A DNA stretch of 64,000 bases, taken from Camelus dromedarius. Taxonomy: Eukaryota. This document shows positions 39,534-52,665 of the stretch, in pieces. A program made the translations under genes and the position numbers. The first letter of the stretch is position 1. Each line of letters starts with the position of its first letter. The notes under the pieces were generated by a model. The model was given only the letters and a program-made list of their open reading frames with translations. It did no database searches and was not told the DNA's origin. The stretch covers positions 102,426,001 through 102,490,000 of the forward strand of contig NC_087437.1 of the NCBI RefSeq assembly GCF_036321535.1, in the 5' to 3' direction.

Positions 39534-40565
39534 TCATGAGTTTTTGCCCAGACTTCCTATGAAACCAGACTACTGGGTCGGGGAGCACCATCTACTGGTG
39601 TTTTGGGCAGATGAAATTTTCCAGATTTATTCATGCCTCGCAGAATGTTGAACATCCCACTACATTTCAGGATCACCTTCTTATTCACTGCGAAAAAGAC
39701 CTAAAATTTTTCCAAATTCTCCCCTTTTGGTGATATTGCCACAAATAGAAAATAATTCCAGATGTCTGTACAACCCAGACCCTTCTGCCTCCAAATCTGG
39801 CTCTGAAGGCAGAGGAAGGAACAATCATTCTAAGCCAGATCTCTTTAATTTGCCCTCCTCTTCTTCTAGTGTTACTTTTCCAAATCCCCGTATCTCTTCA
39901 TATCCTCTTCTTTTTCTTTGCTGAGGAGGTTTTCAGACTTTCTCCAAGGATATGTTTACAGAGCACAGCAAGGGAAAAAGGACCAACAAAAATATTCAAA
40001 AATGTCCACGTATATATAGCCTGGTCATCAAAGTGAAAAATAATCTTCCCCAAAGAGTCTGGAAATACACATATATACTTCCCTTCAGTTCCTCATCCTG
40101 ACAGGTTATACAAAGTACAGTTAAAATCACAAATGCTAAATACGTGTGAGGCAGAGATGTTCTGCACAAGCTGTGACATGCTGCCTGCTTCTCACATTAC
40201 TCTATGGATTACTCTATTTTGAGCCCTGTCTGTTCTTGCTAGCTGCCTTTTTAAAAATCTGTTCTTGTAGTTCTCTGCTGTATTATGGTAATGTTGACGG
40301 TTTTAAATTAGAGAAGTAGTAGAGTAACTGGGGACAAAACGATGACATTTCTACATGGAGCATACAAATAGAAGTCCTGGTTCCTTGCGTAATCCAGTTT
40401 AATATCCCTTCACCCAACACACATACAGACACACACACAGCACTCACAAATTAACACATTCCACTTTTGGCTAAAGACAATCAGTGTTAATATCAATTTC
40501 ACCACTGTCAAATGTGGAATACAAAAACATTTTTGCATATCTTACAGTTACTCACTGTTAGATTT

Positions 40566-41200
40566 TGTTTTGGATGTCGATGCTGCATAAGAAAACACCA
40601 AAAAATGTTGCAAAAAATAACAATCATTTTTATATACTCACAGTTTTCTGGATCAGTATTTGCACAGTTTACAATAGGGAACTCCTCTCTGCTCCACAAT
40701 GACTGAGTTTAGATGTTCAAAGAGTTGGGGATGGCTGTGATGGATAAAGTGGGGCCACATGTCTAAGGTCTTAGTTTTGGCTATTGGCTGATCCAAAGTG
40801 TCTCATTCATTCACGTGTCCAGGCTGTGGGCTGGACTGGTTGGACACCTGGGCTGTGGGTCAGACTGGTTGGACTAGCTGAGGCTATCTGAGTGGCACCT
40901 CTCTCATCAACCCCCTCTCTTCTCTCTTCCCTCCCTCCAATATGACGGTTTCCAGGTTGTTGAACTTTTTCCAGAGTGGCTGGCTTCCCTGAGTGACAGC
41001 ATCCCAAAAAACCTCTACAAAAAGGATAAGACTTATTGTGAAATGGCTTTGGAAATCCCAGAATGCACTTTTCCACACATTTAATTGATGAAGTAAACTA
41101 CTAAGGCAAGCCCAGATTAAAGAGGAGTAGATTTAGACTCCACCTCTTAATGGGAGAAGCAGCAAGCCTTTGTGACCATCTTTCTTTTCTCTTCAGCCAC
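40566..41200 (-). mobile_element. Old MLT1 (G-J-like) LTR
   Basis: gctgcataag...ctcacagttttctggatcag...agactccacctcttaatggga. Confidence 0.7.
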
Positions 41201-41206
41201 GCAGCA

Positions 41207-41870
41207 AGGAGTGTTAACTATAGTCAGTATGTTGTTGTGTTGTATGTCATATCCCCAGTACTCATTAACTGGGGGTGCAGATATTTCTTCAACACAGTGT
41301 TTTCATTTCCTTTGGATATATTGCTAGAAGTGGAATTGTTGGATCATACGGTAGTTCTATTTTTAATTTTTTTGAGAAACCTCCATACTGTTCTCTATAG
41401 TGAATGTATCAATTTACATTCCCACCAACAGGGCACAAGGGTTCCCTGTTCTCCACATCCTTGACAGCATTCGCTGTCTCTTGCCTTTTTTATGATAGCC
41501 ATGTGAGAGTGAAAAATTAGAGGATATATGGAAAACGATAACAGTTGTGAGGTGATACCTCATTGCGGTATTGATTTGCGTTTCCCTGATTATTAGTGAT
41601 ACTGAGCACCTTTTTATGTACTTGCTGGTCTTTGATATATCTTCTTTGGGAAAAATGTCCATTATTTAAGTGAATTGTTTGTTTTTTCCCTATGGAGTTG
41701 TATGAGTTCTTAAAAAATTTCAGATATTTATCTCTTATCAGGTAAAAGATTTGCAGATACTTTTTTCCCATTCCATATGTTGTCTTTTCATTTTGTTGAA
41801 TCTTTCTTTCACTGTGCAGAGCTTTTATTTTTTTTATATTGTCTCACTTGTTTATTTTTATTTTGCTTCA
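41207..41870 (-). mobile_element. Internally deleted L1 fragment
   Basis: Antisense ORF2 C-terminus joined directly to mid-3'UTR at 41270/41271. Confidence 0.85.
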
Positions 41871-44800
41871 GATATTATATCCAAAATGTGGCCAATTTTA
41901 ATATATTACAGACTTGGTTGTGTCTAAATGGCTTAGAACTCAGAGCGTTGAAGTATAATCAATTGATTACACAGCTGTTGCAGTTTAATCCATGCAAATT
42001 ATACAGAAATACTTCCACAGGTTGACTGCTTGGCCTTTTTCTATTCCCTGCTTCTACTGTGGGTTTTGCGTTCTCAAATTATCCGCATGACTCCACAATT
42101 ATGGATTTCCTATCTTCCTTCCACACCCCACAATCAGGTAGGCTTATCTCTTTTGAAACGGTCAGTGAAATCTAATTCATTTTTACTGTACCTTTATACC
42201 CAGTGTTCTATATGTTTTTGGAACTATTATCAGAAGTAGATGATTCCACTAAACTTCCAAAAATATTGTTATTTCACATCCTTTTTATCTTAATAAGATG
42301 CCAGAGTCCCAGAATGTCACAATAATGATGACAAAATTTGAGAAGCTATAGAAAAATAAAAGCAAACAAAAACCAAACAATCATGAGAAAATGAGAGAAA
42401 TAAATCATATAGTGATGTTGGGGGTTGTTGTCTGCCATTACATGTCAACTCAGCTAAAATAACATTAGTTCAAAAAGAACTTTTTTAAGATCAACTAATT
42501 TAACACACTCTTTGTACATTTCACAGTCATTCTCATTTTAGAAATACAAGAAAGCAAAATTTTTGTAGGAGCAGTATTTTAACAGATTACAAAAAAGCAA
42601 GCTCTTTCAGAAATTGTTGTGAGATTTCCTGCTTTTTAGAGTTATACAATTTCCTAGTTTAAATTCCTCTGGGTAGAGTATTAATATCCAATTGATGAAA
42701 GGAGGAAGGAATAGAACAAAGGCAGTACAACATATTCCCAATTCAATTTAAGAATATTTTTACTCAGAATTTTTTTCAAGATAATACTCCAGAGATTTGT
42801 TAAACTATTTTGGCAAAACAATATGAGTAGCACAAGAACTGCATGCATGATACTGCAAAACAGATTATATGACTTTCCAACTGAGAAAATATTAATAGAA
42901 TTAGAGACTTTAAACTCTAGACCTATTGGGACAAAAAGGAAAAATAAATAAATGTTTTAGTAATAGTATTCATCCTCAAAGTCTTTATTGTCTCATTTTA
43001 TAGAGTTCAAACTGGATAAGTATAACCTAAACTTTAAAGTATGTGTGTTCTTCAAATTACCAATTAATAACAGTCAAAATTACAGAATTCAATTTTTAGC
43101 TGTTATGTAAGCATTCTTGTAGTTTTTTCTTAAGTGATTCAAGATTGTTGTTCCCTTGGCCAATTTATTTATCCTAAAAAATTACATGCTTACCATGTGA
43201 GAGTGAAAAATTAGAGAATATATGGAAAACAGTAAGAATTTGTTAAATTGTCTTTCTCACTAGTAGAACAAAATGCATTTGAATCATAGACATGAAAAAT
43301 AATATTGGCAAATAAATGCATGAGTACACACATAGACATAATCTATAGTTAAGTAACTTGACAAAATAGTTACATATCTCACAATTGGTAGTCGATTAGA
43401 AAAATTCTATAATGCTGTATACATCAGCTAAGAGATTCTGGTTCGATTTTCCTACTGTGAAATAAAAGTCAGAAACATTTTTCAGCATAATACAGCTCTT
43501 CTGTTTCCTTAACAGTTTTCAGCTATTAGAAACAGATGGTGTTTTGATGGTAAACACAATTAATTTCATTTTATAGAATTTACTTAATTGGAATTGGGCT
43601 CCATGTCTCTCATGCATTGGATTTCATTGTTATACATAAGTGTTTATAATTCTGCCAGCTGTCATAAATGCATACTTATTTTTTAAACTTAAAAATATCA
43701 TTTCTGAACAGAAGATAATCTATTCATTCTCCTGAATCAGTTAGAAATGAAATACATTATTTGAAAATTGAATTTTGTAGAATGTTAAAAGCAAACAAAT
43801 AATCTTGTTTCAAAGTGCATGGAGAATTCAGAGTATATACGAGTTCTAGAACACATCCCCATTTTTGCATCTCTTCAAATATGTTTTTGTTTTTCCACTT
43901 CTAAAATATTAACTGAAATATTTTATATTTCCAAGATTTTTAAAAATACTAATCATGACAAAATACATGCTTATTAGATCATGAAATCATTCTCAATTTA
44001 TTCTTTTTTTTTTTGCAAAAATGTTCCCAAAGTAGGTTATATATAAGAACCAAATAGTCAGATGAAAAATAAAAACATTATCCATTTCCAAGATACTCGT
44101 TCTACATGATGCTTCTCAACGAAATGACTAATATTTCAGACTTTGTACATGTATGTACTTTGTGTGTGTTGATCACCTTCAATATTCTAATATTATATTG
44201 CTAGTTTACATATAATAACAAAAGGTGTGTTAATTCAAATATTTCGTATTTTATAGTTTTAAATATACTCTTTTACTGTTTGATATTTTGTTCACATTCC
44301 AAAGGACGAAACTTTCTCATGGCTATAAAGTCTATTTTACCTGTCATGATCATCTGCAAAGCATTAACTACTTTGAGCATATTATTTTTTCACTCTGCAA
44401 AGTACAATTAATAGTTTATCTCTTATAATCCCTTTAGTAATGGTCTTTAGTAAGTATAAAAAGCTGTGGTTCAAAGTTATGTAGTTTCTAATCTAACTGG
44501 AATGAAATTCTAAAGAATATTTTCAATTTGTTTAAGGACAGCTAAAGGTTAATATTTTCCTAGAAACAGTTCTTAACAAATTTTGGGACTTACATTTCCA
44601 CTTATCTTACTTATCTTATTGACAAAAAAAATCCAAATTAATTCTAAGTAGTTTTTTAAAATAATGGCCAAATATTATAAATAATAATTTTGGCCCCAAA
44701 GGTAATATTCAAGATATTCTGACAAATCCCTTAATAATAATAATAATACACTATAATCAAGAGGCTTATATTTTATATCCCTTTAGCACGTGACCTAATG

Positions 44801-44894
44801 AAACACCAAAAAAAAAAATCAGTAAAAATTACATTATCCTTGCTGGCAATTTACTTGACTCTGGTATATCAATATTTCAGGCATAAAATATACT

Positions 44895-45620
44895 CTAATA
44901 TGTGGAATCTAAAAAACAAAACAAATGAAGAAACACAACAAAGCAGAAACAGAGTCATAGATAAGGAAAACAAATAGGTGGTTGCCAGAAGAGAGGGGGG
45001 TGAGGGATGAGAGAAATAGATGAAGAAGATTAAAAGGTACAAAATTCCAGATACAAAATAAATAAGTCATGAGTATGAAATGTCCAGTGTGGGGACTATA
45101 TCTTTGTATGGTCACAGCTGATTACTAAACTTATCATGGTGATCAGTTTTAAAAGTATAGACATATCAAATCACTATGTTATGTATCAGGAACTAATATA
45201 GTGTTGTAGGTCAATTATGCCTCAAAAACAGACAAACAAAATTATAGAAATATAGATCAGATTTGTGGTTACCAGATGCAGGGATGGGAGGAGGTGGAGT
45301 TGGATGAAGGTACTCAAAAGTTACAAATTTCCTGTTATAAGAAAGTACTCATGATGTAGTATACAATATGTTAAATGTAATTAACAATGCTATATGTTAT
45401 ATATGAAAATTGTTGAGAGTAAATCCTAAGAGTTTTTATTATAAGCAAAAATACTTTTCTACTTATTTTATTTTGTGTCTGTATGAGATGATGGATGTTC
45501 GCTAAACTTACTGTGATAATAATTTCATGATTTATGTAAGTCAGATCTTTACAATGTACACCTTAAACTTATACAATTCTGTATGTCAACTATATCTCAA
45601 TACATCTGGAAGAAATAAAA
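44895..45620 (+). mobile_element. L1 3'UTR (laurasiatherian L1MA9-related)
   Basis: atatgtggaatctaaaaaac...tgtacaccttaaactta...atatctcaata. Confidence 0.8.
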
Positions 45621-45719
45621 CACTGGCATTATAAATGTCTTCAAAGAAGAAAACTGTGTATAAAGAAAAGTGTGAGAGTGGTATCTAATCAAAGGAAAAA
45701 TGTGAGAGTGGTATCTGAT

Positions 45720-46100
45720 CAAATAGAAAATGTCAATAAAGAGATGGAAATTATGACAAAGACCTAAATAAAGATTTGGGAGTGGAAAAGTATAATAACT
45801 GATTTAAAAAAAAAAAACAACTCACTAATGACTTAAGGGCTCAACAACAATTTGAACCAGAATCAGAAAACATGAATATAGGTCATCTGAGATTATCCAG
45901 GCTGAGGAGTAAAAAGAAAGAAATGAAGAAAAATGAATAAAGCCACACAGAATTGTAGAACATCAACTGTACCAACATGTGCATAATGGGAGACCCTGAA
46001 AGAGAAGAGGAAGGAGCACAAAAATGCTTGGAAATTGTGGTGGGAAACTTTCTAAATTTGATGGAAAATATTAAATCTACATATTCAAGAAGCTCAAATT
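45720..46100 (+). mobile_element. Old L1 ORF1 fragment
   Basis: aaactttctaaatttgatggaaaata...attcaagaagctcaa (NFPNL..IQEAQ-like). Confidence 0.65.
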
Positions 46101-46399
46101 AGATTATAGTGATGTGAATATACTAGAATACATTAAACTATAGAATTTAAATGAGTAAATTAAATTGTGTCTGAATTAAATTTCAATAAAACTGTAAAAA
46201 TAAATTCCCATGTTTAGAATAATATCCCTTCCAATATTTAAGTCTATGATTCTGAGCATAGCTTTCAAATAATTTAGTCTTCTTGAAGAACATATATAAA
46301 ATGTTTTTTAAAATATAAAGAAAACATCAAATAAATCATACAAATATTTCCACACTTAAAACTTTACTTTTTTCCTCCTTCTACAATGGTATTTGTGCC

Positions 46400-46600
46400 T
46401 AGAATTCTATCCTAGCTCATTATCTACCTGGTGTGTTGCCTTGGTCAATTTATTTAACATTCCTGTACTTCACTTTCCATCTTTGTCAACTCAGGAGGTT
46501 CTTATAAAGACTAAATAACTCAATATATAAAATGAATATAACAGTATCTGGCATGTAATAAGGCCTGTGTAACTGTAAATGTTATAATGCTATTATCAAC
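46400..46600 (+). mobile_element. MIR
   Basis: ccttggtcaatttatttaac..tgtacttcactttccatctttgt core. Confidence 0.6.
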
Positions 46601-46990
46601 CACAATTATATTTATGCATATAATTGTTAACATGTATGTAATTGCTGTAAGCACTTTAACTAGAAGCATAATTTAATTAAGATTTATACATTTCATGGCT
46701 TTGAATTTTCACTTTATGTATATCAAAGTTAAGCTTATTTCAATTTATATAACAATCATTTTTGGCTAAGTTTCTAATAAATAAAATCATCCAGAAAAAA
46801 TAAAAGGATGTAAAGGAACAATTTGTGTAAATTTGAAAGCCAGAGTGTAGGAATATGTATATATATACACACACATACACACACATACATATACAGATAC
46901 ATAATATTGTGTAGGAATAAGTATAGGAATATATATATAATATATATTTTATTTTTAGTGGAAAAGAGATTATGAGAAATGTTTAATAAC

Positions 46991-47183
46991 TTTTTTTACA
47001 TTTTTTATTGATTTATAATAATTTTACATTGTGTCAAATTGCAGTGTAGAGCACAATTTTTCAATTATACATGAACATATATATATTCATTGTCACATTT
47101 TTTTCTCTGTGAGCTACCATAAGATCTTGTATATATTTCCCTGTGCTATACAGTATAATCTTGTTTATCTATTCTACATTTTG
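46991..47183 (-). mobile_element. Short young L1 3' end, same subfamily as 18153-19114
   Basis: Perfect 11-bp TSD TGTTTAATAAC (46980-46990/47184-47194); near-identical to ~18905-19100. Confidence 0.92.
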
Positions 47184-49699
47184 TGTTTAATAACATTTTC
47201 AAAACTAAAACGTTTTTATAAGAAATATCAATGTATTTTTAAAATATATTTGTATAAAATTTGTATGTTTAAATGGGTAGCCATTTATAATATGAACTGA
47301 TCTTATTTTCTATAAGCCTACATTTTCCGAGAAATAGAGAAAATTTTAAAACTAAAGCATTTTCTTTAGCAGAGAAGTGTTAGTTACATTTGAGATTGAA
47401 TATATCTTTCTAAATTTTTAATATATTTAATATAAAAAATATCATAGTATTAACCCAGGAAAGAATTAACAAAATTTCTGTAGACATTTACACACTTTTC
47501 TTTTCTTTTTTATATGTCTGGGAAACTAAGGAGTGAGAGATAAGAAGATAAAGGAAAAGAATAAAACAGAAAAAGAAAAAGAGTTAAACAAGCAACTATT
47601 AGACCATTGAATATATACCAGCCAACTAACTAAAAATGAAATTCTTTATGGCCCTTCAAAGTATGGCCTTAGTCTAATTCACTGTTTTTATGTATATCAA
47701 ATAAAATATAAAACTAAAGTTTATTCTTTACATGTATGTTTGGAGTGTGTGTGTGTGTGTGTGTGAACAAACAAGAAAAAAAGTCTTCTGAATTATAGGC
47801 CATTATAACCATATGATTTTGCACTTGTGAAAATATTTTCAGATTCTTATTGATTCTGTCTCTGAAGAGGCCAGTGAACCTATCACATGTGTAGAAATTG
47901 CTTCTGAGTGGAATGGATTTATCTGGGCAATTACTACATTGACTAAGAAACAAGGAGGTTGAGTCCCCTCTTAACACCATTGTCTTTTCATTGACTAGTG
48001 TTAAGTGAGAGACAGAACCAAAGGACACAGGAACAATTATCCTCCCTTGGAAGTGAAGCATGATGCTCTGTAAAGGCTTGAATTCTGGAATAAATCATTG
48101 GAATAGTGTTGGCAGCAGTGTGCATCCACTGTTTGAAAATACATTTATCCCTAGTGGTTAACACGTTGACTGAAATAAATGCCCAGCAATATACAGAGCC
48201 AACCATTGTTCCTCAGTGGGAATAATTTTAGTCATTGTTAGTGTATTTTCATTTAAATTACATCCAAGAGATGGTTAACTGATACCTGGGAATATAATAA
48301 TGTCACAGACAACCATATGCTAATTTTATAGCTTTACCAGTTATTTTTCTTTCTAGTAATGATTGATTTAAAATCTAATACCATGACCCACCAAGAATAA
48401 AACTTATGTAACTTTCAAGTCTAAACTTTATAAACCAAATTTATCAAAAAGAAAGCAATCATTATTAGAATTTATTATCTGCAGCAGCTAGTCTCATGAG
48501 AAAAGTAACATATACTCTTTTTTTTTCAGTATAAGTATGCTATTTATTTATTCCTACTGCATGATGAATACTAGGAGAAACATAAGCCTGGTGGAAGAAA
48601 TCAAGGTTTTCTGTGAATTAAAAAATACAGAATTAGCTTTGTGTTCACATATCCTCTTCTTTTCCAGACACAATGTATGTGACCTACTTTTTTCTTTATT
48701 CCACAACCATGACTTGAACTCTTTGCCCTGAGTCTTGAGACAGAACCATCCAGATTCCCAGTGTCCTCCACTATAAAAGTGTCTCAAGATTTGGTCCCTA
48801 AGGTCAACACTTTTATATAAGGGCTTAATGCTAAAAACCATAGAAAAAATAAAAGCTCAGTTCCTTTTTTCACTTACTTATTATTCATTTCCTCCAACAA
48901 GTATTTATCACACATCTATATGTGCTGAGAGCTGAACGTACAATGATGAATGCATCATCTCACAAAAGAGCTTCAAAGTACGTACATCAACTACTTATTT
49001 GCCAAACATTCTTACCCTTATTTTAGTTCAGCTGCAGTATAAACTAAAATGCATGCTCTCGCTCTCTCTCTCAGAGACATACACACAGTGCTTTTAAGAA
49101 TGGTCAGTGTTTTAACTTGAAAAATGTTACAGTACTATTAATACACACAAACACACACATACTTGTGTATGTGCATGTAATTGTCAACATGTGTGTAACA
49201 TTTGCTATGTGTTAGGCATGATTGTAAGCACTTTAACTATAAGCATAATCTAATTCAGATTTATAAAGTTTGTGGCCTTAAACTCTTTTCACTTAAATGT
49301 ATATTTTAATATACACTAATAGTTTTAAAAGCAGGAGTAACAAAATGTTGACAATTGTCCTGACAGTTGGTTTACATGCAACTGATGTGTAAATCTGTCA
49401 GTGAATCCAAAGTGAAATAATTATTTTAGCATTTGATCTCAAAGAAGTAAAAAAAATAAATACAAATACAGGAACAGAGGATATATTTTTCCTAATAAGT
49501 CTGTTTGGTATTTTAATCTATGAACAGAACTTGACTTAAAGTGCTTTAGTTTAAATATTAATATTTAATATTATAGAATAAAGCTGAAAACATTCCTTGA
49601 GAAACATACATAATAATAAAATAGATCAGCTGTATCTGTACTTAAAGCTACTCTGTCTCTAATTATATTCTCAATTTTTAACAAATATTTGGGACCTTT

Positions 49700-49920
49700 T
49701 GATTCAAACTAATACGGTTTAAGTTATAGCTCCTTCATGTATTTGTCTCAGAATCATGTGCAAATTAGTCAAAATGTGTAAACCCCAGTTACATCATCTA
49801 TGAAATAGAGATAATAATATGAAACTGATAGGATTATTATGAAGCTTGAGATAATACAGGCAAAGTAATTAGCACCGTGTCTAGCACACAGTAATACCTC
49901 AATAAGTAGTAGCTGTCATT
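49700..49920 (+). mobile_element. MIR
   Basis: ccccagttacatcatctatgaaatagagataataat...tagcacacagtaatacctcaata. Confidence 0.7.
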
Positions 49921-50564
49921 TGAGAGCATATTAGAAAGAGACCAATATTTCATCCTGCAAGAGAAGTGCATTCCAGTAAGAAAAGTATGGAAATGTAATT
50001 CCCAAAACCACATTTCTGAGCCTTATAGAGCTATGAATCTGCACTTTCATAAGACTAACAGCAGATCTGGAAAATTCTTGAACATAAGTTATATTTGAGT
50101 GGAGGAATAGAAAGTATTCTTAGAATTAGAAAATATTTCCTTGAGTTTCTGTCTTCACTCATTCCCTTCAGGGCTTTTCTCAACTATAAAGTAACATTTA
50201 TCTACTAATTTTTCTGGAGTATAGAATCTTATTGTTCACTTCTTGACAGTAACACATTTTTTGTCTCTATACTAAAAAATATGAACTCTTATTTTTAACA
50301 CAGCTTTTACTACCCCAAATGTTTGTATATTTTAAGTTTTTATATCCTCCCAGAAGATGTGATTAACTCCTATTTTCCAGAAAAACATTGCTTTATCAAT
50401 TTTATAGGTAAGTGAGATTTGGTTTTGTTTATTAAACTATATTTTATTCAAAACTGAAATCAGAACTAGTTTTTGATATTAAAGTTTTCCCAGTCACTAA
50501 AGTAAAATATGTGCTCAAAGATGGACTAGCCTGGCCCTGTTGGTGGAAAGAAATTTGGAGATGT

Positions 50565-50995
50565 AGAGAAGAAAATGTTTTCCTTGGCTTTCTTATGGTC
50601 CCTGGCTGGGTCTGAAAACCGAACTGTAAAGTATATATTAAAAGGAAAAGAGTATAAAAGGTTTTAAATATAAGTTTTATATGACACAGGAGCCTTCATA
50701 AGCTAATGAAGACCTCCAAGAAACAGTGAAACCTGAGTCTAATGAAGAGTGAGCAGTCATGGGGAAATATTATAGGTCATGGAGAGTGAGATAAACTGGG
50801 GAAACTTAGCAGGGCCTATTTGTTAGGATTCTTCTCATATTGCTTTGTCTTGAGAGGTAAGGATGCTCTTTCCATTCAGGTGTAGGGAGGGTATCTCTTA
50901 CCTGAGGGTTTTATGACTCTTTTTAAAGGGAGAAAAGTTGGGAGAGAAGGTCAGCATGGCCTTCCTGCTTCTGCTGTGTTTTCAAACTCCTTTAT
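50565..50995 (-). mobile_element. MER31-like ERV1 LTR
   Basis: ttttatatgacacaggagccttcataagctaatgaagacc...ccttcctgcttctgctg. Confidence 0.6.
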
Positions 50996-51711
50996 CATAG
51001 TCCTGTTAATAAAACAATTAATATCAGATGCAATGTTAGTTGTAAATGAGTTTGAAAGAAGGTTTAAAGTGAGATGTTACTAAATGTATTTTGTGATAAG
51101 AAAGATAAGCAAACCATCAAACTTGTCAGCTGGAATTTACAAGTTGATTTATTGTGATTCTGAAAATAACTCATCAAAAGCATTTAATACATCACTGAAA
51201 AAAATGATAAATAAATCCATTCCTTTGAGAACAATTATAGCTAGAAAGCAGAAGAGCAAATTTTAAGAAAAAGGTATTATGCAAGTAGACAATATCATGA
51301 GTACCATCTCCATTCTGTTAAAAATAAATACCATCAAAATTGGGACTCCTGGGTGGTGGTATATGATGGAATTGTAATTGAACTAAATCGAGAGTACATC
51401 TAGAATTGACCACTGTGAATGAATTACAGTTCAATATGAATGTACTAGATCGGAGCATGGCCATAAGCATGATCAACTGTCTTATATCAATGAAAGGACC
51501 ATATGATAAATAATCAGGAGTTTCTGATCCCTGAGGAATCTTTCTAAGGTGAGTTGGAGAGACCTTTCTGTATCAAAAAAACAAATTCTATGTTATGTGG
51601 AGTTGGAAATAACCATAAAATGACCACCAATTCTTGATACTATGATTGATATGGCAGAGAGATCATATTGACAACCATAATCATTTTCTAGAAAAAAATT
51701 TATGAAAAAAT

Positions 51712-52665
51712 AGATATCACCTCATGCTTGTTAGAATGGCTATCATAAAAAGGCAAGCAATAGTAAATGCTTTCAAGGATGTGGAGAAAAGGGAACCCAC
51801 ATACACTGTTGGTGGGAATGTAAATTGGTGCAACTACTATGGAAAACAGTATGGTGGTTCCTCAAAAAACTAAAAATAGAACTACCATATGATCCAGCAA
51901 TTCCACCTCTGGGAATATATCAAAGGAAATGAAAACACTATGTTGAAGAGATATCTGAACCCCCAATTAAATAAATACTGGGGATATAATGTACAACACG
52001 ATGACCTGATAACTATAGTTAACACTCCTGGGTCTACATCTGGGAAAAATAAAGACACTAATTAGAAAAGATACATGCACCTCAGTGTTCATAGCAGCAC
52101 TGTTTACAATAGCCAAGACATGAAAGCAACCCAAGTTTCCAAACAACAGATGGTTGGATTAAGAATCATGCATCTTTTTAATCCAATTAAATATATCCAG
52201 TCCAATATAAAGGAATATTACTTAGCCATAAAAATGAAATTCTGCCATTTGCATTGATGTGGATAGACCTAGAGAGTATTATACTTACTGAAATAAGTCA
52301 GACAGAGAAAGACAAATACTATATACAATACCACTTATATATGGAATCTAAAAAATAATACAAATGAATGTATATACAAAACAGAAACAGACTCACAGAC
52401 ACAGAAAACACACCTATGGTTACCAAAGAGGGGAGAGAAGGGGGAGGGACAAATTAGGGATATGGGATTAACACATACAAACTAACATACATAAAATAGG
52501 TAAGCAATAAGGATTTACTGTATAGCACAGGGAATTATACTCAATATCTTGAAATAACATATAATGGAACATAATCTATAAAAATGCTGTATCATTATGC
52601 TGTATACCTGAAACTAACACAGTATTGTAATCAACTATAATAAAAAGAATGAATAAAATAAAATT
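51712..52665 (+). mobile_element. Composite L1: internally deleted fragment (51712-52029) fused to a second L1 3' end
   Basis: ORF2 end jumps to 3'UTR at 51964/51965, then returns to ORF2 sequence at cactcctggg; A-rich tail. Confidence 0.85.

Noticed and set aside
47714..48061. 115-aa minus-strand ORF
   Set aside because: It runs through a (TG)n repeat and shows no recognisable protein features
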